Below, piece by piece: positions 48,148-57,038 of a stretch of DNA of 64,000 bases (position 1 is the stretch's first letter; each line of letters starts with the position of its first letter). Made by a program: the position numbers and the translations under genes. The stretch spans positions 702,911-766,910 of the forward strand of contig CAWEXV010000001.1 of assembly GCA_963813175.1 (NCBI GenBank). The letters are read 5' to 3'. The notes beneath the pieces were generated by a model, which saw nothing but the letters and a program-made list of their open reading frames with translations, had not been told where the DNA came from and made no database searches. Source of the DNA: an uncultured Solirubrobacterales bacterium (GTDB taxonomy: Bacteria > Actinomycetota > Thermoleophilia > Solirubrobacterales > Solirubrobacteraceae).

Positions 48148-48453
48148 ATGTCACATAAGCGGCGTCTGTCAATCGCTTTGTGTCTCGTGGCGTGGCTGTC
48201 CGTGTTGTTGCCGGCCGTGGCGCTCGCGTCGGGTAACGACGTTGGCAAGAACGTAGGCGATCTGCTGAAGCATTACGCGGGGGAGTTGTACGGCGGCATC
48301 GTGGGAATTATCGCGGTGGTCTGCCTGATGAACCGCCGCTACGTCGAGCTGGCGACGTTTTTGTTCGCTTCGGTGGTGGTCGCGTGGATGGTGTTCGACC
48401 CGAGCAACATCGCGACCGCTGCGGAAGCTATCGGCAAGCAGATATTCGGGTGA
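48148..48453 (+). CDS. VirB2/TcpD-like small membrane protein
   Basis: Signal-like N-terminus plus two TM helices, upstream of tcpE. Confidence 0.6.
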   Translation: MSHKRRLSIALCLVAWLSVLLPAVALASGNDVGKNVGDLLKHYAGELYGGIVGIIAVVCLMNRRYVELATFLFASVVVAWMVFDPSNIATAAEAIGKQIFG

Positions 48454-48465
48454 CGGGCGGCGATA

Positions 48466-49170
48466 ATGAGTGATTCTCCTGCGCCGATTCGCTCCTACCA
48501 GCGGATATTCAGGCCCGACCGACGTCTGTATCAGATAGACGGTCGACGTCTGCCGATCCCCGGCGGCGTGCCGCTTGAATGGCTTGGCTGGGCGTTCGCG
48601 GCGTTGATCGCGGTGCTCGTGCTCAGCCAACGCTCTCCCATGTTTGCGTTGGTACTCGCCGGGATCGGCGGCGTGCTCGGAGGCAGCTCGCACGGTTGGA
48701 GCGGCGCGACGATCCTCGCCGCCTTGGCGTTCGCGGGAACGCTGCTCCTCGGCGTGGTGTTGGGGTGGCTTGATTGGCCATTGCGGCTGCTCGTGCTGCC
48801 CGCGCTGTTGGCGACGGTCGCCGGGCACCCGTCCTCGGACGGCCGCTCGACCCACCGTTACATTATCTCGTGGCTCGGGGTGCAGTTGCGTGCCGCGCGC
48901 CGTTCCCTTGACCGGCCGCTGATAGCGGATGGTGAGGGGCAGGTTTGGGCGCCGCGGGTTTGGGTCGCCCCGGATCAGCACTCGCCTGTACTTCAGCGCG
49001 GCCGGGTTCACGGTCCCGCTCGGCTTGTATTTGGCCGGCGTGTCGTCGCGGTCCCCGCTCGTGGCCGATTCGTGGTGCGTCCCGCCGAGGGTCACCGGCT
49101 GCGCCGTGGTGAGCAGTTCGCGGAAGTGATCGAGCTCGGCGAGGGACAGATTGTCGAGGTGCGGCCATGA
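48466..49170 (+). CDS. TcpE-family (VirB3-like) protein
   Basis: IRSYQRIF...LYQIDG.RLP, TM helices, DGR motif. Confidence 0.75.
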   Translation: MSDSPAPIRSYQRIFRPDRRLYQIDGRRLPIPGGVPLEWLGWAFAALIAVLVLSQRSPMFALVLAGIGGVLGGSSHGWSGATILAALAFAGTLLLGVVLGWLDWPLRLLVLPALLATVAGHPSSDGRSTHRYIISWLGVQLRAARRSLDRPLIADGEGQVWAPRVWVAPDQHSPVLQRGRVHGPARLVFGRRVVAVPARGRFVVRPAEGHRLRRGEQFAEVIELGEGQIVEVRP

Positions 49171-51599
49171 CCGCGACGTTCCCGATCCGCTACGCGCATG
49201 GGAACGTGCTGATCGGCCCCGGTGGCGATAGCGCGGCGCTGTACCGGCTGGGGATGACCTCCTATCCGTTCCTGGCGGTCGGGGATAAGTGGGCGCTACA
49301 GCGTCGCCTTCAACGGCTCGCGCACACCGTCTCTGCGGACTTCAGCTTGTGGCGGGTCAACAGGTTCTACCCATCCGAGAGCTATGTCGCGCACACCGCC
49401 GGGCTGCTCGACGAGCGCCACCAGGACTCGCAGGCGTGGCAAGCGTTTCTGGAGGGTCACCAGGAGCGGCTGCGGGAGCTTGGTTCACACGTCCCGGAGG
49501 TTTATCTCGCGGTTTCGCTCACGCGCGCCGCGCCGACCGGCGTCGGCTCAGGGCTCGTGCGGGGGATGGATCGAGCCCGGCGCAGGGTGGAGGAGCTGGC
49601 CGGGATCGGCGCGGCGTCGCCGATATCGGCCGGTGAGCTGTCGGATTTGGTGGCTCACGAGCTGCGGGTGTTTGACCGCATCCGTGGCGTTGTGGCGGCG
49701 CGGCGCGCCCGCACCGTCGAGCTTCAATGGCTCTTGCGGCGCGCGGCTTGCCGTGGTGTGCGCGAGCCCGACCTTGATTCCTATTGGGAGCCGGATGCGC
49801 TGGTCGTGAACGCGCCCGGCGGCGGTGTCGCTTTCCAGCCGCTTGGCTGTGATCTGGCGCGGTGCGCGAACGCTGCGATCACCGAGCGCGAGCGGACGCT
49901 GATCGTGGAGGGTGAGCACGGGCGTTCCTATCAGGCGTTGCTCGCGCTCGGGTCGCTCGCTGACTCACCGCAGTTCCCCGGCGCGGGCGCGGAGGTGCTG
50001 TTCGCCCCATTGGAGTCGGTGCCGTGGCCGATCGACGCGGTTCTGCACGCCCGATGGCTCGGTAACCGACAGGCGCTAAGCGCGGTGCGCAAGCGGATCG
50101 CTGACGTGGAGCACACCTACAGCGAGCAGCTACAAGGCGCCGCGCACGGCCCTTCACTCATGGCCGGGGAGGATCGCGTCCTCGCGCGTGAGTATGAGGC
50201 GCAGCTACAGGCCGGCGGACACCCGCCGATGCTCTACGGCTACATCGGCCTCGCCGTTGGCGCGGAGGGCGAGGAGGAGCTGGAGCGCCGCGTCGCGGTC
50301 CTGAAAGAGCACTACGGGGATGTAGCAATTCACCGGCCCGCCGGGCTGCAGCACCAGCTATGGCTGGATCATCTCCCCCGGCCGGATGGGTGGCTGTAGG
50401 TGCGCGACTACGTGCAACAGCTCACCGTCGAGCAGTTCGGGGCGATGGTCGCGACCGCTACCCACGCGGTCGGCTCCCAGCGCGGCCCATATCTCGGGTA
50501 CACACCGACCGGAACACCGCGCCCCGTCCGCTTCGACGCAACACAAGCCCCCCGTGAAGATCGCGCCTCGGCGGTGCTCTTGATCGGCACGCTCGGTAGC
50601 GGCAAGACACTCGCCACAGAGCTGATCGAGTACGCCTCCGAGCGGCGAGGGAGCCTGATTGTCGATTTCGACCCGAAGCCCGATCACAACCTCGACCGCA
50701 TTTCCGAGCTACAGGGCCGCGTGCAGGTCGTGGAGCTGTCCGGCGACCCCGCCCAGCAGGGACGCCTTGACCCGTTGGCGATCGGGCTGCCCGACATGCG
50801 CGAGGAGCTTGCCTGCTCCTATCTGCTCGAGCTGCTGCCCGGCCCGTCGAGCCGGTGGGAGAACGCCGTTTCGCTCGCGGTGAAGGACACCGTAACCGAA
50901 GGCTCACAGAGCCTTGAGCGAGTCGTGGAGCTGCTGGTCGCGAGCGACCGCCACGGCGCCCGCGAAGCCGGCGAGGCGCTACAGGTGATCCGCGACTTCG
51001 GGCTGGCACGCCTCGGATTCGGTCAAGGCCGCGGCACCGCCGCGCAGGCGCAGGCGCCAGTGACGACGATCCGTATGCCGGGTCTCTCGCTGCCCGAGCC
51101 GTCCGCGGCGAGGGACACCTATACCCGCGCCGAGCGCGTCTCGGTCGCGACACTTTCACTTGTCGCGGCGTATGCACTGCGACTCATCTCCGGTGACCGC
51201 AAGCGCCACAAGGTCGTAGGTCTTGACGAGATTTGGTTCCTTCTGGCCTCACCACAAGGCCGACAGGTAATCAACCGACTGGTACGACTTGGGCGCGCGT
51301 ATAACGCAACGCTGCTGTTGGGAACTCACCGAATCGGTGACCTGGGAGACCTCTCAGACCTAATCGGTGTCGTGTTCGTGTTCGGGCAGGACTCCGATCA
51401 GGCAGCCGCCGCCGCACTGCGGTTCGTCGGCCTTGACCCGACCCGCGAACTGATCGCCGTCGTGCGCGAATTCCGCGCCGGGCGATGCCTCATGCGTGAC
51501 CTCCAGGGCCGCGTCGGCGAGGTGCAAATCGACCTCGTTTACCCACATCTGCTGAGAGCGCTTAACACCACACCCGGCCAGCAAGGCGGCACCCCATGA
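49167..51599 (+). pseudogene. virB4: VirB4-like conjugation ATPase split by one in-frame TAG (50397-50399)
   Basis: ORFs 49167-50399 and 50400-51599 share a frame; second half has GTLGSGKT, DPK and LDEIW. Confidence 0.8.
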
Positions 51600-53389
51600 A
51601 AACCACGATCTCCCGTGCGATGGATTGGTTCACACGCCGCCCTCTCGCATTCACCACAATTTTTACGTTGGCGTTCGGGCTGCTGCTGCTCGCTGCTCCG
51701 GCGTTCGCGGGTGACGTTTACGGCAACATCGGCCCTGCCCCGCAGGTTGGCAGCGGAGGCATCTTCGGCCGCTACCCCGTCGAAGGCTATCAGCTCGACC
51801 AATACTTCCCAGCAGTAACAGCAAGTCTCACCTCCGGCATCGATGCCTCCGGTATAGCGCCGATGATCGCGTATTTCATCGCGCAGCTTGTCTGGCTTGT
51901 GACCGCATTTCTCGCCAATGCCGTAGTCACACTCTTTACGTTCTGTTTCTCGCTTGACCTGTTGAACGGTAACGGCAGTGCAGGGTCCGGCGCGCTCGCA
52001 CCAGTCTCCCAGGCGGTTCACAATATCTACGCCAACACGTTCGGTACGCCGTGGCTCGTAGCTGCCGTCTCGATCCTCGCGTTGTGGGCGATGTGGCGAG
52101 CGCTCGTGCAGCGTCGCTATACCGAGACGGCCGGCGCGCTCGCCGTTTCGCTGCTCTACTGCGTGCTAGGGCTCGGGATCGTCCTTGAACCACAGGCGAC
52201 GATCGCGCCAGCCAGCCGCTACGCCAACCGCATGTCGACGGCGCTCCTGTCGCTCACATCGCAAGGCAACCTCTCAAGCGAAGCCCAGGCCAAGCAGGCC
52301 GCAAGCGACCAGCTCTTTAACCTGCTGGTCCTCCAGCCGTGGACCGTCCTTGAGTTCGGCGGGCTTGAGCACTGCGTCACCACCAAGGGCAAGAACACGG
52401 TATCGGTTCCTGTCCGCCCGCTGGGCGGCAAACCTTCACAGGAAGCCGCTCTCGCGAGCCAGCTCGAAAGCGGCACCGAACTTCGCATCGGCGCGAAGAC
52501 GTGCATAAACAACGAGAACAAGTATGACACGCATTTTCTCCCCTACCCGTTCCAGAGCAAGGACCGAAACGGTGAGTATGAAGCACTAGCGCACGGCGAT
52601 GCCGGTGAACTTCCGTCCTCGGACCCCGCCAAGAACAACGGCAGTTATCGGTTGGGGCCGGCCGATGAGCCAGCCGCCGAAGCGGCCGGTAAGGGCGGAC
52701 AGTTCCAGCGCGCCCTGCTGGCGATAGTGATATTCGCTGGTGAGCTGGGCGCGTTTCTGCTACTCGGCGCGCTCGCGATAGGAGTGATCCTCGCGGCGAT
52801 CCTCCTCCTGCTTCACCTCGCGTTCGCGCCGGTAGCGCTCGTGCTCGGTGTGATACCCGGCAGGGGTCACCAGTTCTTCCGGGCATGGCTCTCTCGCCTG
52901 GCTGGCTATCTACTCACAAAGGTCATTTACAGCCTGATCCTCGCTGTGGTGCTCGCGGTTTGCCAAGCCTTGGCGGACGCAGCCTCGAACCTCGGGTGGC
53001 TGCTCGCGTTCCTTCTCCAAGCCGCGTTTATGTGGGCCGTTCTCTTTAACCGCAAGCGGCTGACCGGCGAGCTGCTGTCCGCGACGGCGGGCGGGCAAGC
53101 CAGCGAGGCCAACCACCTCCAGACCCTCTACTACAGCACGCGCCTGCTGGGAATGGCTCAGCGGCGGCGCACCTCTCCACCACCGCCAGGGGAAGGGTCG
53201 CCGTCCGGCGATCACGCTCCCCTGCCTAACCCAACAAGGGAGTCAAACGTGGATAACGACACTGCCCCACGGGGCGTCGATGTGCCCGAACCGGGCGAGG
53301 AGTATGACGAGCCGATCGCCGGTAGCGAAGGCGGCCCGCCACCCGTCGCGCCCGAGCCCGACCCGGACCCCGATGAGGAGCCCGCATGA
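51596..53389 (+). CDS. VirB6/TcpH-like polytopic membrane protein
   Basis: Multiple TM helices, QPW motif, acidic Pro-rich tail; ATGA overlap with virB4. Confidence 0.7.
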   Translation: MKTTISRAMDWFTRRPLAFTTIFTLAFGLLLLAAPAFAGDVYGNIGPAPQVGSGGIFGRYPVEGYQLDQYFPAVTASLTSGIDASGIAPMIAYFIAQLVWLVTAFLANAVVTLFTFCFSLDLLNGNGSAGSGALAPVSQAVHNIYANTFGTPWLVAAVSILALWAMWRALVQRRYTETAGALAVSLLYCVLGLGIVLEPQATIAPASRYANRMSTALLSLTSQGNLSSEAQAKQAASDQLFNLLVLQPWTVLEFGGLEHCVTTKGKNTVSVPVRPLGGKPSQEAALASQLESGTELRIGAKTCINNENKYDTHFLPYPFQSKDRNGEYEALAHGDAGELPSSDPAKNNGSYRLGPADEPAAEAAGKGGQFQRALLAIVIFAGELGAFLLLGALAIGVILAAILLLLHLAFAPVALVLGVIPGRGHQFFRAWLSRLAGYLLTKVIYSLILAVVLAVCQALADAASNLGWLLAFLLQAAFMWAVLFNRKRLTGELLSATAGGQASEANHLQTLYYSTRLLGMAQRRRTSPPPPGEGSPSGDHAPLPNPTRESNVDNDTAPRGVDVPEPGEEYDEPIAGSEGGPPPVAPEPDPDPDEEPA

Positions 53390-54048
53390 GCGCTCGCATC
53401 GAAACCACCAGCTCCCCGGCCGGGCTGCTTCGCGAGCTGCCCACGGGCTGGGCACAAGCGATCGTCACCAGCCCTAGCCGCACGGACCTCGACCGTTCAC
53501 CCGCCGCGCTTTTCACACAATTGCATCGGGTGTTGCGCGATGACGGCACCCTCTGGCTGCTGTGCGCCGATAAGCACCTCCCGAGCGAGCTTGCCGAGCG
53601 CGGATGGATGACGCGCCCGGTGGATTGGGCGACACCTTTGCGTGTTGACCCCGCTGGGCGCGCTCGCCTTCACCTGCTCGTCAAGCGGCCCAGCTACCAC
53701 TACAACACCCATGCAGCGGAGCTGTTCCTAGCGCCGCGCACCCAGGCCGCGTGCGCAACTGGCCGGCGGCACGGCTGCGCGTGGAGTACCGAGCATCGCC
53801 GGGAGTTGCTGCGACTGTGCGTGATCGCCGCAACGTCGCGGGTCGCGTGCGGGACGTGCGGCACACCGTATCGGCGCGGAGCGTCCGGTGAGCGGCGCTC
53901 CGGGTGCGCCCACCATAACCCCAGCGGGCGGTGCCTGGTGCTCGACCCGTTCTACCACTGCGCGCGCGGCACCCTGGACGCAGCCCGTCAGACCGGGCGC
54001 AGCTTCCTTGGGATCATAGACACCAGCGATGGCGGTGAACGACGGTGA
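53386..54048 (+). CDS. Degenerate N4/N6 DNA methyltransferase homolog
   Basis: IVTSPS (for SPPY), RVLRDDGTLW, CxxC insert, VLDPFYHCARGT (for DPFxGSGT), GRSFLGI. Confidence 0.6.
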   Translation: MSARIETTSSPAGLLRELPTGWAQAIVTSPSRTDLDRSPAALFTQLHRVLRDDGTLWLLCADKHLPSELAERGWMTRPVDWATPLRVDPAGRARLHLLVKRPSYHYNTHAAELFLAPRTQAACATGRRHGCAWSTEHRRELLRLCVIAATSRVACGTCGTPYRRGASGERRSGCAHHNPSGRCLVLDPFYHCARGTLDAARQTGRSFLGIIDTSDGGERR

Positions 54049-54566
54049 CACGCCGTCTCGCATCGTTGCGTGATCGGCCCGCCTCTGAGGATGAACGCCG
54101 TGCCGCGACGCTCGCGGTCCTCGGATTGGTTCTCAGCGCCGTGGTTCTGCTCGGCGTTACTCACGATCCGTCTTCTGAGCGGGCGCAACGTTCGGTGCGG
54201 CCTCGTGCCGCCGCGCCGGCCACCTCTGTCCAGGCGCCGCGCGTTACTGCCGGCGCGGCGGTGAGCATCGCCCACGGTTTCCTGCCGGGCTACCTCGCCT
54301 ATGCCTATCGGGGAGCACCGGCCACGAAGGTAGCCGACGCCACACGGGCGCTCATCGCCTCGCTTGAGGATCACCCGCCGCGCGTGACGCTCCCCACACA
54401 CGAGAGCCTGCCGAGGGTCCTCGATTTGCGCCCGACGGTGCAGGCATCTGGACAACTCGTGGTCAGTGTGGTTCTCAACGATGGCGGGATCGTTCACTAC
54501 ACGGTCGGTCTTCTGCTCATCCGACTGCGCGGCCGGCTCATGGTCGCCGGGCTGGAGAGTCAGTGA
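54045..54566 (+). CDS. Single-TM conjugation protein (VirB8-like, tentative)
   Basis: TM anchor then FLPGYLAY...; inside the coupled tra operon. Confidence 0.5.
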   Translation: MTRRLASLRDRPASEDERRAATLAVLGLVLSAVVLLGVTHDPSSERAQRSVRPRAAAPATSVQAPRVTAGAAVSIAHGFLPGYLAYAYRGAPATKVADATRALIASLEDHPPRVTLPTHESLPRVLDLRPTVQASGQLVVSVVLNDGGIVHYTVGLLLIRLRGRLMVAGLESQ

Positions 54567-55822
54567 TGAGCGCCCGGCGAGCGTTGTGGTGGTGGGCGGG
54601 TGCCGGGTTCGTCTCGACAGGGCTAATGCTCGTGGCTATTTTCGGCATCGTTCTTGCTGCGCTCGGGGGGAGCTTCAGCGGCTGTGAAGCCAAGAGCCTT
54701 CCCGTGACTCTCACCGGACCCGCGGGGCCGGCGCCCTCGGCGTATGCACTGGGAAGCGTCCCACCGGAACGCCTGCGACTGTATGAGCAGGCCGGGCGAC
54801 GCTTTGACCTCGACTGGTCATTTCTGGCGAGCATCGGCGTGCAGGAGTGTGGTAACGGGAGCTGCGCTGGAGTCAACAGCGCGGGGTGCGCCGGGCCGAT
54901 GCAGATTGCCTATGTGCGCGGGAGCCCGTGCAGTCCAGGGAACGCGCCGACACTGTGGGAACGCTACGCCGTCAGCTCCCACCCCGGCCTAGCACCGGAT
55001 ATCAACGATCCGGGTGACGCGATAAACACCGCCGCGCGCATCCTGCGCGAAGACATGGGCGCCCCGCCCACGGGCGGCTCATACACGCAATATCGCGAAG
55101 CCGCCTGCCACTACTACGGCGCGTGCGGAGACTCGACTGTCGCCTACGCCGACGAGGTAATGGCACGCGCGGTTCAATTCGGCTTCGATGGTTCCGGCTC
55201 GCCAGCGCCGAGCAGCCCGCCACTAGCGCAGCCACCCGCCGAAAGCGAAGAACCAGTCAATGCGTGCAGCGCAGGCTATTTCAGTGAAGGTGAAGCGGGC
55301 AGCACGGCGATAGTGAAGCTCGCCGAAAGCCAGATCGGCCAAGGCGAGCACCCCGAAGGGTCCAACTGCACAAAGTATGGGCCGTGTGAGGAGTGGTGCT
55401 CGCTGTTCGTCGCGTGGGTGTGGCAGCACGCCGGGGCGGCGCTCCCCGGCTCTCCGGCCGACTACGGCTATTCCGGGGCGCTCTATACGTGGGTACAGGA
55501 ACACCACGGCCGGGTACTCCCCGCGACCGCGAGGCCCTCACCCGGCGATGCCGTCTTCTACGGCGGCGGGCCGAGTGAAAGCGCGCACGTCGGGATCGTC
55601 ACACAAATCCTCACAGACGGACGGATCGTGACCGTCGAGGGAAATTACGAAAACAAGGTCAGCCGCGTGGGCCCATTCTCGCCAGCCAACCCAATCGGCG
55701 AGCGAGCCGCGATCTACGGCTACGCCCAGCCACTAGTCCCAGCTCCCGACGAAGCCCGGCCGAGAGCAAGCCACGACCAATTACACGCAGCCACACACAA
55801 GCACAGTCAACCCCACCGCTGA
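54563..55822 (+). CDS. Cell-wall hydrolase: lytic transglycosylase + CHAP (VirB1-like)
   Basis: LASIGVQE, AGPMQI, EEWCSLFVAWVW, AHVGIV, VEGNY. Confidence 0.88.
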   Translation: MMSARRALWWWAGAGFVSTGLMLVAIFGIVLAALGGSFSGCEAKSLPVTLTGPAGPAPSAYALGSVPPERLRLYEQAGRRFDLDWSFLASIGVQECGNGSCAGVNSAGCAGPMQIAYVRGSPCSPGNAPTLWERYAVSSHPGLAPDINDPGDAINTAARILREDMGAPPTGGSYTQYREAACHYYGACGDSTVAYADEVMARAVQFGFDGSGSPAPSSPPLAQPPAESEEPVNACSAGYFSEGEAGSTAIVKLAESQIGQGEHPEGSNCTKYGPCEEWCSLFVAWVWQHAGAALPGSPADYGYSGALYTWVQEHHGRVLPATARPSPGDAVFYGGGPSESAHVGIVTQILTDGRIVTVEGNYENKVSRVGPFSPANPIGERAAIYGYAQPLVPAPDEARPRASHDQLHAATHKHSQPHR

Positions 55823-55836
55823 CAGGAGGACAAAGA

Positions 55837-56865
55837 ATGAGCACCTCGAGTAACACGGACGCACAGCGCGAGGACCCCGATCAGGTAGTCGCGCGAGCAA
55901 AGGCCGAGCACAAACCTGTCGCGACGTGGTGTCTATTTTCCGGTGGTAACGACTCGACCGTGCTCGCGCACCGCTGCCGCAAGCACTACGACGGCCTAGC
56001 GTTCATCGACACCGGGACCGCCGTCCCAGGCGTCGCCGAGTTCGTGGCGGACTTCGCGCAGTCGATCGACAAGCCGTTGCGAGTCATGCACGCCGGGGAC
56101 GCCTTCCGCAAGCTCGTGCTCGGCGGCGCCGTTCGCAGGAATGGCACCGTCGAGGTTGGGATCGGGTTCCCCGGACCGGCGATGCACAGCCGCTCCTACA
56201 GAGCGCTAAAGGAGTCACAGATCAAGGCGCTTTTGCGTGAGAGCAAGGTCGGTCACTCCCGCCGAGCGCGCGTGTTGTTCCTCTCAGGCATCCGTCGCGC
56301 GGAGAGCCGGCGCCGCTCCCAGCGCGTGCCGATCGACCGACTCGGCGGCACGGCGGCGGTGTTCGCAAACCCCTTGATCGACTGGACCGGCGAGGACATG
56401 CGTCGTTACCGCTCAGAGCACGAGCTGCCCGAGTCGGACGCCGCCGCGCTCATGCACAGAAGCGGCGAGTGCAACTGCGGCGCGTTCGCGTCGGCCGCAG
56501 AGGAGCGCGCCACGCTCAAGCTGCTCTACCCCGAGTTTTTCGCGTCGATCGAAACCCTGGAGGCAGAAGCCGAGGCCGCCGGATTGCAGTGGTGCCGCTG
56601 GGGCGGATACGACCGCGACGGCCAGCGCGCGACCGATACCAAGCGCCAGGCGGTCGGGCTGCTCTGTGAATCCTGCGACAGCCGCCAGCACGCCCCAGCG
56701 CTCCCCCGCTCCCGTCCACCGCGACGGCCAGCGTGCGAAGCGCCCGCAGACGCAGGCGCCACGGCATCCGGCGAGGAGCAGCCCACCCGCCGCCGGGCGG
56801 AGCTGCCCAGCGCTCCGCTACCGATGTTCGCGGCCGGGCGCGCGACGCGGGGGAGGCGACCGTGA
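55837..56865 (+). CDS. PAPS-reductase-family (PP-loop) protein
   Basis: FSGGNDS, IDTG, GIRRAESxxR, NPLIDW, HRSGECNCGAF. Confidence 0.85.
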   Translation: MSTSSNTDAQREDPDQVVARAKAEHKPVATWCLFSGGNDSTVLAHRCRKHYDGLAFIDTGTAVPGVAEFVADFAQSIDKPLRVMHAGDAFRKLVLGGAVRRNGTVEVGIGFPGPAMHSRSYRALKESQIKALLRESKVGHSRRARVLFLSGIRRAESRRRSQRVPIDRLGGTAAVFANPLIDWTGEDMRRYRSEHELPESDAAALMHRSGECNCGAFASAAEERATLKLLYPEFFASIETLEAEAEAAGLQWCRWGGYDRDGQRATDTKRQAVGLLCESCDSRQHAPALPRSRPPRRPACEAPADAGATASGEEQPTRRRAELPSAPLPMFAAGRATRGRRP

Positions 56866-57038
56866 GGCCGCAGGACCGTTTCAGGGACCGGCTTAGGGAC
56901 CGCCTACAGGACCGGCTGAGAGACCGCTTGTGGTTCCCTGCGGGTTGGGTGCCGGTGCATGGTTTCGCGTTTGCTGGTGCGGTTTCTGGGGCGTGTGGTT
57001 TTTGCGAGAAGTCTATGTGTGCAGGTAACTCACTGTGA
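56862..57038 (+). CDS. 58-aa peptide with (DRL[R/Q]) repeats
   Basis: GTGA overlaps at both ends; MRPQDRFRDRLRDRLQDRLRDRLW, encoded by degenerate 12-bp repeats. Confidence 0.4.
   Translation: MRPQDRFRDRLRDRLQDRLRDRLWFPAGWVPVHGFAFAGAVSGACGFCEKSMCAGNSL

Noticed and set aside
50397-50399. Genome-wide amber recoding (pyrrolysine or alternative code)
   Set aside because: TAG ends ordinary genes here (747, 25032, 29697), the relaxase with TAG also has a frameshift, and no pyl genes are visible
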